Assembly (NCBI GenBank): GCA_964291675.2
Contig: OZ219866.1
Location: 672,001-736,000 of the forward strand
DNA from: Alphaproteobacteria bacterium
GTDB taxonomy: Bacteria; Pseudomonadota; Alphaproteobacteria; MPNO01
DNA length: 64,000 nucleotides
Direction of reading: 5' to 3'
Part shown: one piece after another, positions 56,947-64,000 of the stretch
How positions within the stretch are numbered: position 1 is the first letter of the stretch
How the letters are laid out: each line of letters opens with the position of its first letter
Translations under genes and position numbers: made by a program
The notes under the pieces: generated by a model
What the model saw: the letters and a program-made list of their open reading frames with translations, nothing else
Databases searched by the model: none
Told to the model about the DNA's origin: nothing

Positions 56947-57684
56947 CTACAGGTCGGTGCCGAGATAGTACTGCTTGACGAGCTCGTTCTCGCGCAGCGC
57001 ATCGGCGCTCTCGCCGGCGAGCGCCATCTCGCCGTGCACGATGACATAGCCGCGGTCGGCGATCTTGATCGCCTGGTTGAAGTTCTGCTCGGCCATCAGC
57101 ACGGTCAGCCCGTGCTCGTCCTTGAGCTCCTTGATCTTGGCGATCGTCCGGCTGACCAGGATCGGCGCGAGCCCGACCGAGGGCTCATCGATCAGGAGCA
57201 GCCTTGGGGACGACATCAGGGCGCGGGCGATGGCGAGCATCTGCTGCTCGCCGCCGCTCATCGAGCCGGCGAGCTGGCGGCGGCGCTGGGCCAGCACCGG
57301 GAAGGCCTCCAGGCAGAAGGCGAGGTTGTCGGACATCATCGCCCGCGCGGCCCGGCGGAAGGCGCCGAGGGTGAGGTTCTCCTCGACCGTGAGCCGGGGG
57401 AACAGCCGCCGTCCCTCCGGCACCATGCCGATGCCGCGCTCGACCACCTCGCGCGGGGCGAGGCCGACGAGGTCGATGCGCTCGCCGTCGATCTCGACCT
57501 CGATCCTGCCGCTCTCCGGCCGCACGATCCCCATGATGCATTTGAGCAGCGTCGACTTGCCGTTGCCGTTGGTGCCCAGCAGCGCCACCGTCTCGCCGTC
57601 GCGCACGTCGAGCGAGACCCCGTGCAGCACCCGCACCGTGCCGTAGCCGGCCTCCAGCCCCTCGACGGTCAGCTCAATCGCCAA
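56947..57684 (-). CDS. Branched-chain amino acid-type ABC ATPase (LivF-like)
   Basis: GTNGNGKST, PEGRRLF, MSGGEQQM, DEPSVGLAP. Confidence 0.93.
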   Translation of the reverse strand: MAIELTVEGLEAGYGTVRVLHGVSLDVRDGETVALLGTNGNGKSTLLKCIMGIVRPESGRIEVEIDGERIDLVGLAPREVVERGIGMVPEGRRLFPRLTVEENLTLGAFRRAARAMMSDNLAFCLEAFPVLAQRRRQLAGSMSGGEQQMLAIARALMSSPRLLLIDEPSVGLAPILVSRTIAKIKELKDEHGLTVLMAEQNFNQAIKIADRGYVIVHGEMALAGESADALRENELVKQYYLGTDL

Positions 57685-58396
57685 GATACGCCCTCTCGAC
57701 ATCGGGATCGGCGACCACGGCGTCGGGCGCGCCGTCGGCGATCTTCCTGCCGGCATCGAGCACCACGATGCGCTGCGAGAACCGCATCACCGCGCGCATG
57801 ATGTGCTCGATCATGACGATGGTCACCCCGCTCTCGTTGAGGCGGAACAGGATTTCCAGCAGCTCGTCGACCTCGTTCGAGGACAGCCCGGCCATCGCCT
57901 CGTCGGAGATCAGCAGCTGCGGGCGGGCGGCGAGCGCGCGGGCGAGTTCGAGCTTGCGCATCTCGATCTGGGTGAGCCCGGCGGAGATCGCGTCGGCGCG
58001 CGGGCCGAGTCCCATCGACTGGAGGACCTCTTCCGCCCGGTCGTCGCGCTCCGCGCCGGAAGCCCCGGTCGCGTATTCGATGGTGATCGCGAGGTTCTCG
58101 CGCACCGTCTGGCTGCGGAACGGGCGCGGGATCTGGAAGCTGCGCGCGATGCCGAGCCTGGTGCGGCTGTGCGGCTTGAGCCTGCCGAGGTCGCGGCCGC
58201 GGAAGCGGATCGTCCCGGTATAGTTGCCGAGCGCGCCGGAGACGCAGTTGATCATCGTCGTCTTGCCGGAGCCGTTGGGGCCGATCAGACCGAGCCGTTC
58301 GCCCTCGAAGACATCGGCATCGACCGAATCGAGCGCCACGAAGCCGCCGAAGCGCATCGTCAGGTCGCGGACTTCGAGCATGACCTCGCCGGTCAT
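57674..58396 (-). CDS. Branched-chain amino acid-type ABC ATPase (LivG-like)
   Basis: FGGFVAL, GPNGSGKTT, GIARSFQ, LELARALA, VERAYLG. Confidence 0.93.
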   Translation of the reverse strand: MTGEVMLEVRDLTMRFGGFVALDSVDADVFEGERLGLIGPNGSGKTTMINCVSGALGNYTGTIRFRGRDLGRLKPHSRTRLGIARSFQIPRPFRSQTVRENLAITIEYATGASGAERDDRAEEVLQSMGLGPRADAISAGLTQIEMRKLELARALAARPQLLISDEAMAGLSSNEVDELLEILFRLNESGVTIVMIEHIMRAVMRFSQRIVVLDAGRKIADGAPDAVVADPDVERAYLGD

Positions 58397-59343
58397 CGGC
58401 CGCGCCCGAAGTACTTGCGCACCAGGCCGATGATCCCCTCCGGCGCCAGGGTGACGAACAGCACCAGCACGAGGCCGACGATCAGCAGGTTGAGCTCGGA
58501 CGAGATCGTCACGTTGGCGATCTGCTGCGCCGTGCCGAGCAGCAGCGCGCCGATCACCGGCCCCGCCCACATCGTCGTCCCGCCGATCATCGGCATGGCG
58601 ATCGCGTTGACCGCATAGGCGAGGTTGAAGGCCGATACCGGCTCGACGAAGCCGACATAGAGCGGGAACGGCGCCCCGGCGACGCCCATCAGGAAGCCGG
58701 ACAGCGTGGTGGCGATCAGCTTCAGCCTGAGCGTCGGAATGCCGGCGCATTCGGCGGCGAGCTCGTCGTCGCGGATCGCGTGCAGCCCGCGCCCGAACTT
58801 GGCGCGCTCGATCCAGCGCGCCGCCGCCACCGCGATGACGGCAAGCACCAGCATCATGAAGGTCAGGAACTTCACGTAGTCGCCGAAGGGCTCCAGCATG
58901 CGCGGGCGGATGACATACGCCCCCGTCGCGCCGCCGACATAGTCCCAGTTGACCATCAGGGTCTCGAGCACGACGGCGAGCGCCAGCGTGCCGATGGCGA
59001 AATAGACCCCGCGCAGCCTGAGCGTCAGGTAGCCCATGCCGAGCCCCATCAGCCCGCAGACGATGCCGGAGACCGGGATCATGACGAGCAGAGGCGCCTT
59101 GATCAGGTTGTACATCACGATCGCGGTATAGGCGCCGATGGCGAAGAACCCGGCGCTGCCGAAGTTCACGTAGCCCATATAGCCGCCCATGATGTTCCAG
59201 GCGGTCGCCAGCACCACGTATTGCAGCACCACATAGGCGGCGAAGAACCAGAAGCTGTTGGCGATGATGTCGGTCATCGCCAGCAGCAGGCCGGCGGCGA
59301 TCACCGCCCCCGCGCCGATCCAGAAGCGCGTCATGCCCGCCAC
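58393..59343 (-). CDS. LivM-like ABC permease
   Basis: WNIMGGYMGYVNFG, LRLRGVYFAIGT, AIRDDELAA. Confidence 0.93.
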   Translation of the reverse strand: MAGMTRFWIGAGAVIAAGLLLAMTDIIANSFWFFAAYVVLQYVVLATAWNIMGGYMGYVNFGSAGFFAIGAYTAIVMYNLIKAPLLVMIPVSGIVCGLMGLGMGYLTLRLRGVYFAIGTLALAVVLETLMVNWDYVGGATGAYVIRPRMLEPFGDYVKFLTFMMLVLAVIAVAAARWIERAKFGRGLHAIRDDELAAECAGIPTLRLKLIATTLSGFLMGVAGAPFPLYVGFVEPVSAFNLAYAVNAIAMPMIGGTTMWAGPVIGALLLGTAQQIANVTISSELNLLIVGLVLVLFVTLAPEGIIGLVRKYFGRGR

Positions 59344-59346
59344 CGG

Positions 59347-60219
59347 TCAGCGCCCGAACAGGCCCTGCGGACGGACCGCAAGCGCCAGCAGGAGGACGGA
59401 GAAGGCGACCGCCGGCGCCCAGGACGGGCCGTAGAAGGTCGACACCAGGCTCTCGGCGATGCCGAGGATCAGCGCGGCCACCAGCGTGCCGGTGATCGAG
59501 CCCAGCCCGCCGAGCACGACGATGGCGAAGACCTGGCCGATATAGAGCCGCCCGACCGAGGGCTCGATCGGGATGATGATGATCAACAGCGCGCCGGCGA
59601 TCGCCGCCGTGCCGATGCCGAGGCCGAACCCCACCTGCTTGACCTTCACCGGATCGGCGGCCATCAGCTCCAGCGCGAGCCGGTCCTGCGAGACCGCGAG
59701 GATGGCGCGCCCGGTGAAGGTGCGCGCGAGGTAGAGGTAGACGGCCGCGAACATCGCGAGCGAGACCATGCACGGCACGAACATCCGGGTCGGGATGCCG
59801 ATCGCGCCGATCTCCCAGTTGCCGCCGATATAGGGCGCCTGCACCGAGCGGAAGTCGACGCCATAGACCATGATCAGCACCACCTCGATGATGAACATGA
59901 CGCCGAAGAAGAAGGCGAGGCCGCGCAGCGCCTCGTCGTCCCGCCGTTCGAAGGCCTCGTAGTAGAACCGGTAGGTGCCGGCCCCGATCAGGAAGAAGAA
60001 CGGCGCGGCGACCAGCCCGGTGAGGATCGGGTCGAACCCCCACCACTCGTTGCCCATATAGGCGATATAGGCGCCGAGAATGACGAAGGCGGGGTGCGCG
60101 ATGTTGACGATGTCGAGCTGGCCGAAGGTGATCGACAGCCCGAGGCTGACCGCCGCGTAGAACCCCCCGAGGAGCGCGCCCGCGACGAGCGCGTTCCACA
60201 ACAGGTCGAACGTGAACAC
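59347..60219 (-). CDS. LivH-like ABC permease
   Basis: GLSITFG...VNIAH, TGRAILAVSQD, VVLGGLGS, RPQGLFG. Confidence 0.93.
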   Translation of the reverse strand: MFTFDLLWNALVAGALLGGFYAAVSLGLSITFGQLDIVNIAHPAFVILGAYIAYMGNEWWGFDPILTGLVAAPFFFLIGAGTYRFYYEAFERRDDEALRGLAFFFGVMFIIEVVLIMVYGVDFRSVQAPYIGGNWEIGAIGIPTRMFVPCMVSLAMFAAVYLYLARTFTGRAILAVSQDRLALELMAADPVKVKQVGFGLGIGTAAIAGALLIIIIPIEPSVGRLYIGQVFAIVVLGGLGSITGTLVAALILGIAESLVSTFYGPSWAPAVAFSVLLLALAVRPQGLFGR

Positions 60220-60258
60220 TTGAGGCCCGGCCCCCCTACGCCGCCGAAACGGGCGTCA

Positions 60259-60292
60259 CGGCCGCGGCGCGCATCGATGCGCGCCGCGGCCG
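60259..60292. repeat. Perfect 34-bp palindrome between the SBP and permease genes
   Basis: CGGCCGCGGCGCGCATCGATGCGCGCCGCGGCCG equals its own reverse complement. Confidence 0.9.
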
Positions 60293-60299
60293 CTCGGCT

Positions 60300-61559
60300 C
60301 TACCTGGCTTCGGTATAGGGGTAGCGGATCTTCCCGGAAGCCCACTCCTTGGGATACAGGACGACGCGCGTACCGGCCTTGGCGAAGGTGTCGAGCTTGT
60401 TGTCCTTGATATCCTGGTACTGGACCATCAGCGTCCGGGTCTTGGCCCATTCGCCGTTGGGCGCGAACTTCACCTTGCCGACCACGGTGTCGTAGGTGGT
60501 CTTGCGCATGTGCTCGGCGAGCTTGCCGTGGTCGAGGCTGTTGGTCGCCTTCACCGCCTGGCCGAGGATCTCCAGATAGGCGTGCGCGTAGGTCGGCAGG
60601 TAGTAGCCGAGCGGGTCGACGCCCTTGCCCTTGGCCGCGGCCTGGTATTTCTGGAGGAAGGCCTCGACGCCCTCGAAGTTGAGGGTCGGCTCCGGCACCC
60701 AGAAATCGTAGTTGACGATGCCGTTCAGCTTCGGCCCGAGCGCCGTCATGATGGTGGCGTATTGCAGCCCCACCATGCCGCCGCCGAACAGCTTGGTCTT
60801 CAGCCCGAGCTCGGTCGCCGCCTTCACCATGCCCACCGAATCCGGCGGGTAGGCGCCGACATAGACCACGTCCGGGTTGCGCGCCTGGATGGCGCGGACG
60901 ATCGGCGAGAAGTCGGCGGTCTTCGGGTGGTAGCTGCCGTCATAGACGATCTCGAGGCCGTAATTCTTGGCGTGGATGCGCGCGCCCTTGACCGCGTTCT
61001 TGGCGAACTCGGCATCGGCGCCGACCAGCGCGATCGTCTTCGGCTTCGGGTCCTGCTCCATCGCGAGCTCGAAGAAGCCGCGCGACCAGTCGGTGATCGG
61101 CTCCGGCCCGGCCGGCAGGATCTGGAAATAGCGGTCGTAGTTGAACTTGTCGTTCACCGCCAGCCCGAACAGCGCGATGAAGGTCAGGTTGCGCTGCATC
61201 ATGATCGGCATCGCCGGCGCGATCAGGTTGGTGCCGTAGCCCGACACCACGAGGTCGACCTTGTCGACGTCGAGCAGCTTGGTGTAGATGCCGGGCACGG
61301 TGGCCGGGTTGGTCTGGTCGTCGTAATAGATCAACTCGACCTGGCGGCCGAGCAGCCCGCCGGCGGCGTTGATGTCCTTCTCCCAGATCTGCATCGCGAT
61401 CAGCGCCGATTTGCCGGCGCCGGCGAGCCCGCCGGTGAGCGCCATCGAGAAGCCGATCTTGATCGGCTCGGCGGCCTTCGCCGGCGCGCCGGCGATCATC
61501 GCCGCGGCACCGAGCGCGGCCGCGCCGGCCAGCAGGCCGCGCCTGTTCAGTGAGAGCAT
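60300..61559 (-). CDS. LivJ/K-like ABC substrate-binding protein with Tat-like signal
   Basis: LNRRGLL; PIKIGFSMALTG, INAAGGLLGR, YYDDQTNP. Confidence 0.93.
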   Translation of the reverse strand: MLSLNRRGLLAGAAALGAAAMIAGAPAKAAEPIKIGFSMALTGGLAGAGKSALIAMQIWEKDINAAGGLLGRQVELIYYDDQTNPATVPGIYTKLLDVDKVDLVVSGYGTNLIAPAMPIMMQRNLTFIALFGLAVNDKFNYDRYFQILPAGPEPITDWSRGFFELAMEQDPKPKTIALVGADAEFAKNAVKGARIHAKNYGLEIVYDGSYHPKTADFSPIVRAIQARNPDVVYVGAYPPDSVGMVKAATELGLKTKLFGGGMVGLQYATIMTALGPKLNGIVNYDFWVPEPTLNFEGVEAFLQKYQAAAKGKGVDPLGYYLPTYAHAYLEILGQAVKATNSLDHGKLAEHMRKTTYDTVVGKVKFAPNGEWAKTRTLMVQYQDIKDNKLDTFAKAGTRVVLYPKEWASGKIRYPYTEAR

Positions 61560-61688
61560 GCTCTACCTCCCCGTTCTTGGTCGGGCCAATCTTACGCGGC
61601 AATCGGCGGCGCCTGCAAGCGACGGGCACATGGGCCGCCCCGTCCCGGGCGGCGACGGGCGGCGACGCGATGGGGAGTCGCGGCGGGC

Positions 61689-61764
<76 letters not shown>

Positions 61765-61877
61765 CGCGCGGGTGGTCCCGACCGGACGGCGACCATAGCC
61801 GGAAGACGGGCGGGAAGCAATTTGGCGGCGAAGCGCGGGCGGTAGGGGGTCGGGCGTCTCCCTTGGTCGGAATCGAT

Positions 61878-61911
61878 TTGACTTATACGATATCCGTATT
61901 ACATATTGCGG
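61878..61911 (+). promoter_or_regulatory. Sigma70-like promoter with overlapping palindromic operator for higBA; probably leaderless
   Basis: TTGACT-N18-CATATT four bases before the ATG; ATACG-N5-CGTAT inverted repeat in the spacer. Confidence 0.6.
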
Positions 61912-62193
61912 ATGGCAATTCGGTCGTTCGCGGACAAGGCAATGGAAGCCGTTTGGCTGGATCTGCGGGTCCCCCGTTTCGAGGCCATACAGGCTCGGGC
62001 CAAGCGCAGGCTCAACGTGCTCAACGCGGCGACCACGCTGGACGACTTGCGGAACAACCCCGGCGCCCGGCTGCACAGGCTAAGGGGCGATCGCGCCGGT
62101 CAGTGGTCCATTGCCATCAACGATCGCTATCGAATCGTGTTCGACTGGCAGGAGGAGCCAGCCAACGTTCAAATAGCGGACTATCGCCGCTGA
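61912..62193 (+). CDS. higB: HigB-like (RelE/ParE superfamily) toxin
   Basis: IRSFADK...LDDLRNNPGARLHRLRGDRAGQWSIAINDRYRIVF. Confidence 0.92.
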   Translation: MAIRSFADKAMEAVWLDLRVPRFEAIQARAKRRLNVLNAATTLDDLRNNPGARLHRLRGDRAGQWSIAINDRYRIVFDWQEEPANVQIADYRR

Positions 62194-62233
62194 AGCGGTA
62201 CGGTTGCACGAAATATACAACGGAACGACTGAC

Positions 62234-62527
62234 ATGATCGGGCCCATCCATCCGGGAGCGACCCTCTTCGAAGACTTCATGGAGCCCTGCGGGCTCAGCG
62301 CCAGCGGCCTCGCGAGGGCGCTCGACATTCCGCAGAACCGGGTCAGCGACATCGTTCGCGGGCGCCGCGGCATCACCGCCGATACCGCGCTCAGGCTGGA
62401 GCGCGCCTTCGGCGTGTCGGCCGCGTTCTGGGTCAACCTGCAGTCCCACTACGAGCTGGAGGTCGCCGAGCGCGACAACGGCGCCGCCATCAGGAATACG
62501 GTAAAACGCCTCCCCGGCGCCGCCTGA
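62234..62527 (+). CDS. higA: HigA antitoxin
   Basis: PIHPG...RVSDIVRGRRGITADTALRL...FWVNLQSHYEL. Confidence 0.93.
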   Translation: MIGPIHPGATLFEDFMEPCGLSASGLARALDIPQNRVSDIVRGRRGITADTALRLERAFGVSAAFWVNLQSHYELEVAERDNGAAIRNTVKRLPGAA

Positions 62528-62600
62528 TGCCCCGCCGCCGTTGATCGCGGCCGCGGTTGCGCTATCATCCGGCGCGTTTCGCCAGGGGATGCGCCCGCCC

Positions 62601-62777
62601 ATGAAGCAGCCGATCGAGCCGCCGGAGATCGTCGAGGTCGACGCCACGGAGGTCGCCTGCGACGGCGACGGCGGCGCGCTGGGCCACCCGAAGGTGTTCC
62701 TCAGCCTCGCCAACGCGGGGCGGGTCGAATGCCCCTATTGCGACCGGATGTTCGTGCTCAGGCCCGGAAACGGCTGA
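62601..62777 (+). CDS. Small zinc-finger (CHCC-type) protein
   Basis: VACDG...LGHPKVF...VECPYCDR. Confidence 0.88.
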   Translation: MKQPIEPPEIVEVDATEVACDGDGGALGHPKVFLSLANAGRVECPYCDRMFVLRPGNG

Positions 62778-62786
62778 GCCGGCGCC

Positions 62787-63107
62787 TCACAGCGCGGAAC
62801 GGATCCATTCGACGATCTTCGACTTGGGCAGCGCGCCGACCTTGGTGGCGGCGAGCTCGCCGCCCTTGAAGATCATCAGCGTCGGGATGCCGCGCACGCC
62901 GAACTTGGACGGCGTCATCGGGTTGTCGTCGATATTGATCTTGGCGACGGTCAGCTCGTCGCCCATCTCGTCCGAGATCTCCTCGAGAGACGGGCCGATC
63001 TGCTTGCACGGGCCGCACCACTCGGCCCAGAAATCGACCACCACCGGGCCGTCGGCCCGCAGGACATCGGCGTCGAAGGAGTCGTCCGATACCGCCTTGC
63101 TCGCCAT
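62787..63107 (-). CDS. trxA: Thioredoxin
   Basis: [20 protein letters not shown]. Confidence 0.97.
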   Translation of the reverse strand: MASKAVSDDSFDADVLRADGPVVVDFWAEWCGPCKQIGPSLEEISDEMGDELTVAKINIDDNPMTPSKFGVRGIPTLMIFKGGELAATKVGALPKSKIVEWIRSAL

Positions 63108-63169
63108 GAATCGCTCCTTCGTCTCCGGTTACGCCACCCCCTCTTAACTAGGCGGCGGCGCTCCGACCG

Positions 63170-64000
63170 TCAAGGCGGCACGGCGTCGAGCAGCGCCTCC
63201 GGCACCGCCATCGCCGCCGGCCCGGCGGTCCAGACGAGGGTGCAGTCGATGCGCCGGTCCGGGTAGATCTCGGCCAGCAGCGCCCGGTAGGCCGCGATCT
63301 GGCGCAGATAGCGGCCCGGGATGCCTTCCGGCGCCGCGGGCGGGTTGCGGTCGGTCTTGAACTCGACCAGCCGGACCGCCCCGTCGTCGACCGCGAGACG
63401 GTCGATGGAGCCCGAATACGCCCGCCCGCCGACGCGGCCGACCACCGGGACCTCGGCCCTGGACCCGGGCGCGAACGCGGCGGCGATGACGGGATCGGCG
63501 ACCACGGCGGCGATCTCCTCCGCGATCGCGCGCCGCTCCGCCGGCGCGAGCGCCAGCGCCGGGCGGGCGAGATAGGCCGCGATGGCGGGGCCGGGGTCGC
63601 CCGGCGGCGGGGCCGGGATGCGCCGCAGGATGTCGTGCACGATGCGCCCGCGCCGCATCGCGCCCGCGCCGCCGGGCGAGGGCGCGCCGTCCTCGTCCAG
63701 CCGGGACGGGGCGAGCGGGGGCCCGTCCGCCGGCTCCGCCGGGGCCGCCCGCAGCGCCCAGCCGGGCAGGGAGCCGGTCTCCGCCGCCTCGGGCCGGGTC
63801 TCCGCGCGCCGGTCGGGCGGCGCGGTCTGCGGCGCCTCCAGGACCAGCCCCGGCCCGGCCACCGCGATCCCCTCCTCCGGCGCCTCCAGGACGATCTCGC
63901 GCGCCTCGGCGATGGGCTTGAGCGCGCGCTCGACCATCGCGTACCAGCAGTCGTCGGGCACCGCGTCGCGCTGCGCGTAGCCGGCGACATAGAGCCGGTC
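63170..64000 (-). CDS. addA: Double-strand break repair helicase/nuclease AddA, C-terminal part (5' end outside window)
   Basis: DRLYVAG, LAPSRL, RGRIVH, AEVPVVG, GSIDRL, VEFKT, YLRQIAAY; addA-trxA order typical of Alphaproteobacteria. Confidence 0.92.
   Translation of the reverse strand, partial: DRLYVAGYAQRDAVPDDCWYAMVERALKPIAEAREIVLEAPEEGIAVAGPGLVLEAPQTAPPDRRAETRPEAAETGSLPGWALRAAPAEPADGPPLAPSRLDEDGAPSPGGAGAMRRGRIVHDILRRIPAPPPGDPGPAIAAYLARPALALAPAERRAIAEEIAAVVADPVIAAAFAPGSRAEVPVVGRVGGRAYSGSIDRLAVDDGAVRLVEFKTDRNPPAAPEGIPGRYLRQIAAYRALLAEIYPDRRIDCTLVWTAGPAAMAVPEALLDAVPP

Noticed and set aside
58397-60199. 841-aa ORF suggesting a giant LivG fusion
   Set aside because: The upstream part overlaps livH/livM-like genes out of frame; the ATPase starts at 58396.

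Overview
High-GC alphaproteobacterial chromosome segment. The right end is core genome: addA C-terminus, trxA, a zinc-finger gene, higBA, tRNA-Arg(CCG) and a liv-type ABC operon. Most of the rest is a mosaic accessory region. 1-5720 is a graveyard of truncated genes: a large serine recombinase pseudogene, a broken fitAB, nuclease, NYN, Abi-alpha-like, antitoxin and Calx-beta adhesin fragments, and an IS5-type end. The centrepiece (about 9.1-25.6 kb) is a candidate oxidise-sulfate-export locus: two sulfotransferases flank a MATE pump, an Ntn acylase and an unusual AlkB-like membrane di-iron hydroxylase fused to a degenerate GlnE adenylyltransferase domain, followed by an RND pump, cysQ and a cysNC whose GTPase motifs are eroded while the APS kinase looks intact. 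Further on are nested and inverted IS256 copies around kefC, an orphan lpxA, four cytochrome b561 copies, an EF-hand/two-component module with an Asp/His-rich sensor loop, an all-in-one GAF-PAS-kinase-receiver-wHTH regulator with a decayed paralog sharing its upstream element, and a ureohydrolase/ABC catabolic unit. The gene content resembles sponge-associated Alphaproteobacteria, but that is inference only. All calls come from motif recognition by eye; no searches were run.
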